Positions 48,552 to 62,187 of a DNA stretch of 64,000 bases are shown here, in pieces. This DNA is from Octopus sinensis (Eukaryota): positions 31,992,001-32,056,000 of the forward strand of contig NC_043004.1 in assembly GCF_006345805.1 (NCBI RefSeq), given 5' to 3'. Within the stretch, counting starts at the first letter, position 1. Each line of letters begins with the position of its first letter. Below the pieces are notes generated by a model. The model was not told where the DNA came from, searched no databases, and saw only the letters and a program-made list of their open reading frames with translations. The position numbers and the translations under genes were made by a program.

Positions 48552-50888
48552 GTTTGTAACTTTTATTTTTTGCTGATACTCATTTTTTTCTCCACATATT
48601 TTCCATTATTGTATTATGGGTGGTGTAAGTTTGGTTTCAAAATTTTGTTCTTATTACCTTTCTTGATAATCCCTCAGGTATGAAGTTGTGTCGAACCTGA
48701 TTTTTATCAGCCAGTAATACAAGAACAACCAAAGTTTCATACCTTGCTGTATAGTTTTTTTTTACCTTTTTTTTTTCTTTATAGTTTAATCAAGAAGAGG
48801 GCAGTCCCTCTAATCCTTAAGGGTTTCTGAGGCTAGTGTCAGGGACAAAGAGGAAGGTAACCTCAAACCAGTAGCCTGGCCTATATTCTTTTGCTTGCAA
48901 CAGAATTTTTATTTAACTTCTTTTCTTATATTTCTACTAAAATATATTGCCTTTGTTTCAATTAGTTTTGAAAATAATGATGAATTTCGTAAAATAATTT
49001 TTTCATTATTGAGTTGATCTTTATAGAATATATTAACATGAAAGTTTGATAGATTTTAATTTAGATCACTTAAAAAAGCAAGTTTTTATTATAGAACCAG
49101 AGAGTCTTGGTAGGTTGGTATCAAGAGTTAACTTTTAGGGATCTAAATAGTCACTATATACACAGACACATAAATATTGTCCTGCTTCCCCAGAACATAG
49201 ACATCTGGTCCCTGACTGTCTTTAGTGTGGGATCCACTAAAAGCACTCAAGAACCAGGTGGTCAAGTAGTGGTGCTAAATCAACCACCCAATATAGGCCA
49301 CAATGGGATTTGAACTTGGATCAAATACCCTAAGGCATCCCATTTAACACTCTAACCTCTTGCTCACCACTATAACCTAGTAAGTTATTTATCAACTCAG
49401 AGAAAAATCAAAGACAAAGTTGACCTCACAACAGAAGTTGAAATAAATACTCCTGTGCTCTAACAACTCTGCCAATTTGCCAAATGTGAACTTATATCCA
49501 AATTTTACAATGAACCACCAAAAGTGGATTTGAATGTAAAAGAGTTGATAGTTCAATACCAATCATCAACAGAGTTGTTTCACTTAGTTGATTATCTGTT
49601 AAATGAAGGAGAAATATTTCTAGATATGAACATCAGCTATGGGCAAAATAAGGAGTTCCTGATGAACTAACAGCCTGACCCACAGTGTATATGTGGGTAT
49701 ACTCCTATTCAAATCTCAGAAAAGTGCACAGATATTTGTAGTAAAAGGCAGCTCTGAACAGCATTTGGCAACTATTATTCTGAGCAAGAAAAACTTTCAA
49801 GTCCCTGGCTCCCAAGGAAAGCATCAAAACTTGACTATTGGAGCCCTTATGCAGTTACTCAATCTACCAGAAATAACAACCAAAATTCCTCAAATCACCT
49901 TCACACCCTACTGTGTTAACATTAGCTATTGTAGTTCTACAATAACCAATGTTAAAACAGAAGGCTCTTCACATTCTGTATTCAAATCCTGCTGAAGTTA
50001 GCTTTGCTTTTCATTTCTCTATCAACATTTAATGTCTGTTTCCCATGCTGGCATGTGTTGGACAGCTTGACAGAAATTGGCAAGGCTGAGGGCCACACCA
50101 GGTTTTATGGTCTGTTTAGGCTTGGGCTTTACAGCTGGATGTCCTTAATACCAATCATTTTACAGAGCGTACCAAGTGCTTTTTACATGGCACCAGCACC
50201 CACACCAAAGCTTTTTACGTGGCAGCTTGGGTTTAGGATATCAATTCTGTTGTGATGGGCAGGTTTTCTTTTGTAGAGCAGTGTGTCACATATGTTGGTC
50301 ATCTGTCTTCTCCTTCGTAAGGCTCAGCATTTTGAGATTGGCCTTCAATACTTCATAGGTCTCTTAGTGATTGGCAATTTATGCAAATGTCCTCACCCAT
50401 TTACATTATGTGAGCACACTCTCCCCTCTTGCACACTGCATATAATTCCTCTTTATACCCAACTTCTCTCTTAATACACCAGGACTGTCGCACATGCACA
50501 TCCAGCAGAGCATACCAGCTTTGTTCCTCTGCAGCCTTTGCTTCATTCAAGGCCTACATCTCACTGGCCATAAAATAAAGAACCAGTCAAGTACTATTGC
50601 TGTATCAATTTAACCCTGCCCCTCACAAATACTGGCCTTATACCTAAATTAGAAACCATTATTATTGTTATTATTTAGGCAGCGAGCTAAGCAAGACTAA
50701 CACACTGGGCAAAATGCTTGTATTCTAAGTTCAAATTCTGCCCAGGTCAACTTTGCCTTTTATCCTTTCGGGGGTCAATAAAATAAGTATCAATTAATCA
50801 CTGGTGGGATGGTTGATGTAATCAACTATTCCCCCTACCACAAAATTTATAACAATTACTATTATAACCATAATCCTTTTTCTTTCAG

Positions 50889-51104
50889 GGTATGACACTT
50901 GATTTTGTGGAAATTTCCTTGTCGCGGGTCTTTGAAGCTGGTCAAGCATACGTTGCCCTGTCTCGAGCTAAATCATTGAAAGGTTTACGAGTTCTCGACT
51001 TTGATCATTCATGTGTTCGTGCTGATCCTGATGTCTTAAATTTTTACAACCGTTTAAAGATCTTCCACCCAACTGAACAAACGTCTTTAGACAATTTCAG
51101 TTAG
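50889..51104 (+). CDS. PIF1: PIF1 coding exon 11 (motifs V-VI, stop)
   Basis: [38 protein letters not shown]...DNFS*. Joined CDS is 1845 nt = 614 aa plus stop. Confidence 0.96.
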   Translation, partial: GMTLDFVEISLSRVFEAGQAYVALSRAKSLKGLRVLDFDHSCVRADPDVLNFYNRLKIFHPTEQTSLDNFS

Positions 51105-53470
51105 GAAACATTTCAATTAATTTAAACTCACTCAGGAAAACTTTTTAATTAATCAAAAATTTATTTATTTAAACATTTTAAATTCTTTTGTTATGCTTCA
51201 TTTTTCTCTCTTTTTTCTGAAGTGTCTATGGTTTAACACAAACTCCACAGATGTTTCATTTCTAAATTATGCATCCTGTCTATTTACTATCATCATCACA
51301 GATACAGACAAGTGTATTGACTGAAAAGTTACATCATTATAGTCTAATTCTTTTATAGCAAATGGCCAATAACCTGTACTTTTAGCAGAAGTATAGATGT
51401 CAAAGATGGCTGTGTGGTTAAGAAGCTCACTTCATAACTATGTGGATTGAGGTTCAATTTCACCTTGGGCAAGTGTCTTCTATAGTGTCAAGAAGGCATG
51501 AATTAACATCACTACCTGACTTTTAATAGCTCCTTCTGTTGCAAGCACTCAAGCCTGGTGTTCAACTTTATCACTGCCTTGCATCTTTCAATTTGAGTAA
51601 CTTTGGTGCAGGAAACTTAAAAATACAACAATGAGTATGTGTATAAGTGAAAGAATTTATATTTATTAGCAGAACCTATGAATATTTCATGGAATTAATG
51701 GTAAACCTATTGGGTTATTTCTGAAAACTTTACCTGAAAGAGTAGCCTGTATTGTATCTGTATGGAAAGACAGTTGCCCATCTGCTACTCATTGAAAAGT
51801 GAAAGGAATTAGAATATGGTGATTACTTAATGCACAATTTTATAGACTTAATACACAGCACTCATAAAATACTCTTATGTTTCCATTTCTCCCATAAACA
51901 AAGAAAAAAAATCCTGTACATATAACGTTTAAATTGCATATATCTGCCACGTAAAGAAGTGAATATACAGCTTTTGCCCTTAACCCAGCCTTTCATGCTG
52001 TGATTATACCAGATAGACTCGTTTCAGAGTTTGTTGAAAGACTAAAACTGGAAACTTCAATTTAAAAGTGAAAAGTCTAGATTTTTCACATTTTATGGAT
52101 AAACTAACACAGAAAAACAATGCTTTGATATCTTTGAAACCTGTTGGAATGGTTATCTGAAATTTTATACTTATTGCCACTATTTAGACAAGGCATCATC
52201 ATTTAGCGTCCGCTTTCCATGCTAGCATGGGTTGGACGGTTCAACTGGGGTCTGTGAAACCAGAAGGCTGCATCAGGCCCAGTCTGATCTGGCAGTGTTT
52301 CTACGGCTGGATGCCCTTCCTAACGCCAACCACTCAGAGTGTAGTGGGTGCTTTTTACGCGCCACCCGCACAGGTGCTAGACGGAGCTGGCCATGGACGA
52401 ATGGTGCTTTTTATGTGTCACCAGCACGGGGGCCAGGCGAGAGTGGCAACGGCCACGAACGGATGGTGCTGTATTATTTTTTAACCTAGACAATCTCAAG
52501 TGTCTATACACTCTGTGTTTCCACATTGTGATCAAATGAAACACGAGGATCATCCCTCCATATGCATCCCACCAACCTCACACAAACATGCATAAGTACT
52601 CAGTATATGTGAATATTCTTTGCTATCTGAATGGTTACATAGAAGCAAGAAACTAAGAAATAGATCTAAAAGATTTATTGGATCTAATAGATTTGTATGT
52701 AAGTCTTCAGAACTATCCATTTGGTAATTCTTTCTCACCATTGCACACCCAAAAATATGCATACATGAGTGTGTATTAAGTTTCCTAGCTCCATCCTATT
52801 AACTCCCAACAACCCATATTATAATGCAGGACATACCACAAATCTCTTTTGGTACCAATACTTTTAACCCCTCAACACCTATAAAGAAAGTTACAAGACC
52901 TCACTCATGTTGGTTGCCATGAAGAAAAAAAAAAAAAAACACCCAGTATACAGTAGAGTACAGGTATCTAAGTACAAACATATACATATGTCCATGTATG
53001 AATGTGTGCCTATATATGTATGTATTCATGTGTGTGTGTGTATATTATATATATTACATTCAGTTAAATTAAAACAAAGAGCAAATAAATTCAGCGTTAG
53101 TTTTTCAATTTTATTTTTAATGCAAATTGCATACAAAATAGATATGACCATTTCTAACAAAGGTGAGAGGGTGGAACATGTTTGATGAAACCAGCAGTAA
53201 ACTGCCAAGTGCATGTATGTGACAAACTGGATTGTCTACTAAAGTAGGTATAAGTGAACATTTGTCTTGAGACAAAAATAGAGAATATATATTAACGTCA
53301 TATTTGGGATCCATTAATATTTAAATATTTTCATGATTTTTCTGTTTGTAAATTTCAAAACACTACCCAGTCAAAGTAATATTTGAAATGACCTCAAACC
53401 CCAACTGCAAATCACAGGGGTTGCAATAGATGTCTAGGTGGGAGACAAAGAGCCAAAAGAAGTTCTTTGT

Positions 53471-53553
53471 TCACATTTGCTTGAAATATTCCTTGCTGCC
53501 TTTAGGGTCGGGTTTCATGGTGTTACTTCCAGGCTTCCACCCAACTGGACACA
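53471..53553 (-). CDS. PRDX: Typical 2-Cys peroxiredoxin (Prx1/2 type), last exon with resolving Cys and YF motif
   Basis: tttcag|[27 protein letters not shown]; not in the ORF track. Confidence 0.95.
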
Positions 53554-56500
53554 CTGAAAGAGAAAAAAAACCACTTTATAATGACAAGGAACCAAATAAG
53601 ATGGCACTGAAGAACCATATGATAGAAAAGTAAAAGTAAAGATTTCAATGCACCCACATCACCTCTGAAACATTAATTTTTTTTAAATTTATCATTTGAC
53701 TGCAGCCATACTGGAGCACTGCCTTTTAGTTGAAGAAATTGACCTCAGGACTTATTCTTTGTGAGTACTTATATCAGTCTCTTGCCAAATTGCTATGTTA
53801 CAGGGATGCAAACACAAACATCATTTGTCAAGCAATGGTGAGGGGACAAAAACATACACACACACACACAACAGGCTTTCAGTTTCTGTCTATCAAATCC
53901 ACTCAAGGCTTTATAGTTCGCCCAAGGCTATAGAAGATATTTGCCACAGGTGCCACACAGTGGGACTGAACTCAGAACCATGTGGTTGGGAAGCAAACTA
54001 CTTAGCATACAGCCATGCCTGCATTGTAAAATTATAAAAACCAAAAAAAAAAAAACCAAAGAAAAAAAAAATGTCTAATTTAGTATAAGGAAGTTAGAAA
54101 AATTTCTCATTTATATGCAAAACTTTAGCTGAGGAGGTTTAAGGCCAACGTCTAGAAATATTGCTGCAACTACTGAAAATTAAACCTTACCCCCCACATT
54201 GCATATCTAAATTTTTATCAATGTATTGGGGAGCACAAATTCCTTAGAAAAAGTGTTTATCAGATTAATATTTTTAAAAAATTTAAATGTCAAACAAAGT
54301 AACCAGTTCTGATCACAACCATTAAACTGAAGAGTCAAGAACCATTAAAATGAAAACCAGAGTCATTAATGGCATATGGGAAAAGTATATGGCATTGAAT
54401 TCAATTATTATACAGTGGCTATTTTAAAAACTCAAAATAAAACATTAATAGTTTAGGATCCAGGTTTATTAAACAGACTCAAACTTATCCCATTCTTCAT
54501 TAAATTTTCAGCTTTCTGCTAAAACACACACACCTATTTATATATAAGCTTCGCAAGAGATGACAAAGAACTAGAACAATTGGCAATTTGCTGTGCTTGA
54601 GAAAACTTGCCTAAGTAAATTCCAAGCCATAAAGGCACATCCTTTATTTCCATGCTCACCACTGCTGTATTTCCCTCCATTCTCCTTCACCTACCAACCT
54701 GCGCACAGTGTCCCTTTTGAATCCCCTCTACCCGTACCCCCCCCATCTGAATTGCATCTATGACATTGTTCAAATCTACCTCTCAACACTGACCCGCAGA
54801 AGTCCAAACCAAATATCTGCTCAACTAGAGAAGATCTGTAAAAGAAATGGGCAGTCTTGTCCTTTCTAAAACTTAGGAATACAAAGTTTACAGGGAAAAA
54901 AAAATTGTGCATTGTACAGAAATGAAAGTGAACACATGATAATCAAACTACAAGATTTAAAAAGATGAAACCTGCATCAAGTATAGTGACTGGCAAAAGG
55001 TTGAGTGGGTGTGATGAAGCTTCAATTTTAAGGATAACCATTGGCTTTTATCTAATATTCACCTTGAGGCTGATTTAAAATAAAATTCATCTTACATAAG
55101 TATAATTGTACAGGAATACAAAATTGCCACTCATGATCTATGAAAAAGTAACAATGAAATATTGAACCAAACACTAAAACAAGAACAGCTGTCTTTTGTG
55201 CATGCTAAACTAAATCACAAAAGGTTGAAAATAATTTACCCATTAAGGATCAGATTTACAATGAAACTGTCTACAGATTAACAGAAAATAGTAATTTGAG
55301 CTTAATGTGGCTAAGAAACGAAAGACTAATTACCTGAAGAAAAATACTAACTACAGCAATCTGTCTAAATCTATGAACAGATTGGAATCTAGTAAATCAA
55401 ACTAACAGCAATTTCACTGTTAGCTCTTTTATAACCTAAGTTTTATTTCCCATTTTGCATACTATAAATATATTATTAAATGGCCATTGTTGCTATATTA
55501 TTGCTGTTAGCACACAGCAACTGTATTTATGGTATACCACAGTAATCACAGTTTAATTATATGCCACAAAGAGATGAAATCAAAATATATCCTGCATTTT
55601 GATAATACCATATGACTTCTAATTCATAGGAACTGTGTCAGAGTGAAATGTCTAGTATCTTGCAGTGCAATGAACCAGGGAAGTGTCTGAGCAAATACAA
55701 AGCAGCTTACATATTACAAGCACCACCAAATGTGACTAAAACACGAAGTGCAAATATGGGAGAGAAAGCAATTTCAAAGCCATCATTGCCCACAGAAGAG
55801 GATGGACAGTCATGGGCTGGACAAGCATTCAGACGTACAGGTTCCTTATGTTGTATGAGGCTTTTCTCCCCATCCTCTTCCTGCAAGGTTAAAAAAAATC
55901 TAGTTATTTTTTAAAATTAAAAGTTGATTGAAAATATTTCTTTAAGAGTACTATTTTAAAATAAGGTACCTTGGACATTTCTAAGTACAGTTTACACTAC
56001 ATAAAGTCAGGTTTGATGATTCTAAATAAATATTGCAAAGCACAAAGATAGCAACTAACAAGCAGTTTAATTAGCCAGCAAATATTTTAAGTTAATTAAC
56101 TAGACAATGTGCTCATTGTTTTCTATTAAAAGCAAATGTTTATTAATACTAATAATATTTAGGAACTGCATAAAATTAGACATTGTTTAGCTGTGTTTGT
56201 TACGTGGAAATGAAAAAGCAGTTATTGACAAATTACAGAAATTAACTTGGGCAAAATAATGCAAGATGAAATTGATGGCATAGTAGTTTTTCTAGTCACA
56301 CCAGCTCAAAACCAGAAACCCACACAGCAAATTTTCACTTTAGTCATCAATATGACAAACTGTAGTCATGCAGATAGAAACTCCAATAGCCAATAATGCT
56401 GCACGAGTAACAGCATGTTATACATGTGAACTTTACATCTATAAGGTGTTAAGCATTAAAACTTCCAAGGAAGGATATAAATTAAGTGAACTCAATGTTT

Positions 56501-57362
56501 CAGTATGGTCTTAGTTCTGATGACTGAGGTAAGCTAAAACAGTTACATTTAAATAATACACATCTAAAAATTACCTAAAACAACCTCACAAAACTGCTAA
56601 ATTTCCCATAATTTATCTAGTTACAGAACCATCATTATATGGTCCTATAACTATCAATATCTAGGTTAATTAAAATTTTTTACAAATATAGTATTTTCTG
56701 AAACAATTTCTTACACCTAAATAGTCTAAAGAGAAATTCTCAAAATCAGAATTTTAAAATGTAATTTATTTTTATACTCATTATTTTGGATCAACAGATG
56801 TGGGAAGAAAATTAAGTGAATACTGAACATGAAATCAATGTAAATAAGTTAAAACAGGGTCACATAATGCAAGTGATGCAAAGCAGTGATAAAATAGTAC
56901 AGGCTAGGAAAACTAGTGGTCATGCTGTGTACTAAGAACATAGTGGTTGGTAGCACTTGAAAGAGAAAGCCTGTGAAGGAAAATGAAGGATATCAAGGTC
57001 AGAGTACTTGAGTTTACAGTTAATGGACCAGCACCTTTGCTATATTATGTCTGTTCTACAAGACAGAAAAATCTCAGTTCACCCTTGAATAAACTCAGTT
57101 ACAGAATACAATAGTAGGGTCCACTAAGAGAAATTTTGGTCTTGCAATCATTAAGACAGGGACATGACAGAAGCAGGAAGGAAGTAGCTATTTTACTGCT
57201 GCATTTCACATGCTGGCAAAACTAGATTGTCTTGATATCAATTTCTGGACATTCATGAAGAGATTAGTTTGTTTCTTCTCTTGATTCATGAAAAAAAAAA
57301 AACTATTCTGGATATCTAATAATAATGCAAAGTGTATCTTTCATCACTTTTTCCTCACCTGG

Positions 57363-57622
57363 TTATTATAATAATAATAATGAAATTATTGTATACAGTG
57401 CTCAGGTGCACCACAACTTGTCAGAAAGTGCATATAAAGTACATGCAGTAATGTAAAAATGTCTGGAAAGCGAACAATGTACGAGTCAGATACATGCTTG
57501 TGTGTGTATGGAGGGGAGAAAATCAAGTGTAGTGTTGGCGAATCTCAGGAAGCATGGAAGTTTTGAAGGATGCAGTGCTCCGACAACTAACAACTGATGC
57601 CGGCAGTTTGTTCCATGCTTCT
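57363..57622 (-). mobile_element. 3' fragment of a related CR1/L2 subfamily with a longer 3' UTR
   Basis: Shares the EAWNKLPASVVSCRSTASFKT-like coding end and the terminal gtgcacctgagcactgtatacaat(aat)n. Confidence 0.8.
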
Positions 57623-60600
57623 ATTGAGGATAGAAACTAATAATTGCATTTCAGAATGCAGCATGATTTATGGAACAACCATTCATCCACTGACCACCCA
57701 TTATAATTTTTCGTGTCCATTCATGTCCATCAAAATACATCTATTAATCTGATAACTACAGGCAAAGCTATGATTTACTTATGAGATTTAATAAGACCAA
57801 GGCACATCAGGAGTTATTACCCATCTTTGCAAAGATCAGGTTAAATTAACATTAGCCAATGAATAAATGTTTTGTTACTGTATTACAATTTTACCCGACT
57901 ACATTATGGCCTTAACTTTACTGGCAGTTTTCTATCCTAATAACTGAGTCAACTGTTAATCTCGAAATAGACATACCTAAGAACTAAAAGTTGCCAGAAA
58001 GTCTTCCATTTGAGAGGTTTGCTTCTCAATTACTGGTTTCAGGTTCAGTGTCACTGAAGGAACCTCTAAGCTGTCACTCAACAAGCCAGACATAACAGAC
58101 ATAATAGCCATAAAATTACACTATACTAGCTTGAAAACACTAATCCAAGATAGCTCTGAAAAAGGCAGGATGATCATTGTTGGATTGCCTTTAATCATAG
58201 ATCTACTTGATCAGTTGATCTGTGATGACAACCACAATGCTAGATTCTAATAAAAATTGTTCGATTACTATTGCCAAAGCACAGAGGGAATTTCCTATCA
58301 AATATGCACTATGGAGGAATCTGTTCAAGAATCTGACTTAGTCAAAGTAGCAGTAAAATCTTTGTCAGAACAGAGCCACATACTGATTTACATACCATGT
58401 GAAATACAATTACTACAATTACACTCCTATAATTGCATCTCATACAGCAGTTATTTCTGAGGGGGGGGGACTGCAAAGACTGCCCAAGTCAAATTTAAAA
58501 ACATCAGCTCTCCATTGAAAGAGCAGAATATATAGCATTGTGTTATGTCCACTACTACTGTTACTGTGTTGAGGACATGAGAAACAGGTTAAGGAATTTT
58601 AGTATTTCTTTTATGTATGAGCTATGGTTTGAAGTGTAACTGCTAAGAAACAGACTTGCTGCATACCATCTTCAGCAGTAGAGGAATTTGCCGACCAAGT
58701 AGCTCCCAGGATACTTTGGTAATGAAACAAACTGACCAACTTCAGTTGAGTTTCTCCAAGCAATGTTATGATTTATCTCAACATTGCTTGGAAAAATGAC
58801 AAGTTTGACATCCACTTTATACATTGAAAGTTTATTAGTCCCATTCCAGTCATGGCTATTGCCTTAGTTACAGAGTGCATCTAGAAATACATTTATGTAT
58901 CCTTTATCTATTAAGATGGCTTTTACAATAGTTAGCACATTGCAGAAATTTGAATCTTGAATATATTTTAATATATTGTCAGAAATGGCAGCATTTGAAG
59001 TGTAGCTTGCTACAAACTGTATCAACCACAGAAACTGGATAGCACTGTAGCACTCCCTACAGTCACATACACAGATAAAAATTAATCCGTCACAGTTCAG
59101 CAGACACTAAATACAGCAGGGATTCTAATGCAGCAAAAAAAGGATTAACATTTTAGCATTTAAACTGACCATATCAGACCCAGATATCCAGCCTTTTTAG
59201 AACTACCCAACAAAGTCAGTGTAAAAGAAAATCGTAATGAAATCTGGAAACTGAGAATGCAGGATTTATTCAAAGCAACGTGAATAAGCATTATATTTAA
59301 CTAACTAATCTGAATGCTCAGGATTAAACCAATTCTCTCAACCAAATTGTGTTGATTCAAATTCTGAAACTCGACAAGATACAGACCAAAAGTTTGTGGG
59401 TAAAATTTGAGAGGTAGACAGTACAGGTACCTGTCTTACATGTTGGGCTTTCTATGTTTGTGTCCCATAACAGTGGTGCAACAATGAATATCAAACAAGT
59501 ACCAGAGTTAATATGATCTACTTTGAAAACTACTCAAGTTGGCTACAGTCCCATGACTGAGCCCAGTAAAAGTATATACACATTGGTTCCTTAATTATAT
59601 TTACAGAACTAAAATAGGGGGCTTCACTACAGACAGAACACTAACAGTGCACTATATTATGCCACTTGTGCAATAGTGTCAAGAGGGAAGAAAAATTAGT
59701 AAAAGACCCACACACCAACATGGAGAGAGTAACAGCATCACGAAGACCACAGTAAGGTTGTGTTTGAGGATTTATAAGGTCATCAACTAGAACAGAACCA
59801 ATGCCAGTCATTGCAATTTCATAAAAATAAGCTAGTAGTTAGAAATTCTAACATTTCAAACAAGCTGTAGAAAAAAAAAAGAATTTATTATTGAAGTACC
59901 TAATATTTTAAGGTTACTGATAGCTTCACTTAAAATCTGTAGTTTTCATACCTGAGGGGGTGCCATATAACAATCCAAAACAATACTTCTACAAGACTAA
60001 ACTTTATGTACACATCCAGTAGTCTAGGTTTTGATATGAATAATCTTATATAATCATATGAGCACAATAGAAAACTAGACATTTTTAAAGGAATTCATAT
60101 TAATGAAAATTAAGTTACATTCTAAAATGTAATTATATATTTCAGGAAAAAAAAAGTTCGGATTTTTTTTCTACAAGACTTACTTTGAAGAACTAATTTA
60201 AAAGAGCTTTAGAAATTAGAATCAAAGTAGATGAAATATATTCCAAGTATGTCCAATGCCTTCATATTCTGACAGAAAAAACATTTATCTCACAAAGACA
60301 TTGACAAGAATATAGAAGAAGCAAATTAAAAGTTATAAGAATTAAATGTAATTCAATCCTGAAATACTCATTTTTATAAATTACAACCTTAAGCTATATT
60401 GAATCTTTCCAAAAAAGGATTCATATTTACAGTTTTCCAGAGAAAAAAAAAAAAAACTAACGAAATTCATATAATTATAGACAAGTTTAAATTAGAATTC
60501 ACAGACCAATTCAAAATGAAATTTATTGTTTTCAACCTTTTATACAAGAGCAAGTATATATTAGAAGATATGGCTACCATCATTTAATGATTAAAGAGAA

Positions 60601-62056
60601 TTATGCCAAAATCAAAGAAGGCATTAGTTTTACATTAATTCTGAAATAACTGGCATTAGACATACAGAAATAGAACTAATTGTCAGCAAAGGCATCAGTT
60701 ATTGTGAAACCCCAAAACTTAAAACTACTGAAGTTTAAACTTCAGTCACTTTGACAGTCAGGCAAATAGTATTGCTCAATGCATAACTAAAGCACAATAT
60801 TAACATTGACTCAAGTTTTCATTTTCTGTATTGTTCAGAACCTGAACAAATTCAAGCATCAAGTCAACATGTGACTCGCATGATCAAATTAGTGCAGAAT
60901 TCGTTTCAAAATCTTAAGCCAAACTAGAACTAGTTTAGTTTACACAAATGACCCATACCATTGAGTGGCTGAATAAAAAAATGAAAGACCCTCACTACGT
61001 AAAGGACAGACTCCATCTTATCAAAATCATTAAAACTAAACTGATGCAAGAGCTTAAATGAAGTAATGATTAACCAGAAAGCTGACAATAGATTACAATA
61101 CCATTGAGTCAATCTTTTCTAGGGAAGATAAAAGTTTCAACAGAAAGGAAATGACGCTTGTAATATGGGCTCACAGGCAATACAAATTTAGGAGGACCTC
61201 TACAACAATACAATTGATTAATTATCTTACCAACACATCAGCAAGCTAAAGACAGTGTTACTAGTAAGCCTCAAAGAGAAACTTGTCCAGTGCAAGTCTT
61301 TCATCAATACCAATGAAAAAATTTGATAAAACAAATGTACATTGAGCAAACATTATTTCACCAAGTAAATCTACAAGTATTTCAATTCTATAGCAAACTA
61401 AAATAGGACCATTCTGTATGTAGTGTAATCAGGACAATTCTATCTAATATCCTTTAAATTAGCAGCATGTGGGCCAAGGGAGATTAAGCTGTTATTTCTC
61501 TTCCTTGAGAAAACAGACCTGACAACTGATCAGGTTAAGCTGTTTGAATACCAAATTGCATACAAATCTAACATCTGTGACTGATGTTCAAGCAATACTG
61601 TAAACATGCTCTACAGTATTATATAAATTTGAAGCAGGAGAAATATTCACAAAACTATTCAGTAAATTTTTGGCAACTGAAAAATAAACTTCAGTAAATC
61701 GGGTATGCAATTAAATTATTTTCCTACAGAATCAAATCAACTTCAAATCAGTTGAAGTTAAAAATTTTCTAAGAGAAGCAAGGATCTATAAAAGAAAAGA
61801 ATAAAAAACTAGAAATCAACAAGTATTATAGATGTAATTTCATGTTTCTTGTATCAAAGCAATCTGAAAGTAATTATACAGCATTAAAAAACTTGATTAG
61901 TAAGAAATGTGTTTTAATTCTTTAGTGACTAAACACTACCATAAAACCATCAGAAAGACCAATAATTCATATTGGCCATAAAGCCATTGTCAGATAATTA
62001 TTACAAACATTACTGACATTCAGAGATAAAATGGAACTAAGATTGCAAGGTCTTAC

Positions 62057-62187
62057 CTTCACCGTGTTTGTCTGTAAATTGGAATGCTTGTACCAAACGC
62101 AGTGTCTCATCAACTGATCGACCAACTGGTAGGTCGTTAATAGTTATCTGTCTCAAAACACCTTTCTCATCAATGATAAATAGACCC
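62057..62187 (-). CDS. PRDX: Peroxiredoxin penultimate exon
   Basis: cttcag|[45 protein letters not shown]|gtaaga; 131 nt. Confidence 0.97.

Noticed and set aside
54691-54912. 73-aa - strand ORF in the Prx intron
   Set aside because: No homology recognised and no clear exon boundaries.
56340-56438. Second possible cryptic Prx exon (acceptor cttatag at 56439)
   Set aside because: No convincing donor and no similarity to Prx; weaker than the 55711-55880 candidate.
61238-61307. C/D snoRNA-like box pair on the - strand (and a + strand pair at about 55010-55073)
   Set aside because: Imperfect C box or wrong strand, no terminal stem, no recognisable rRNA guide.
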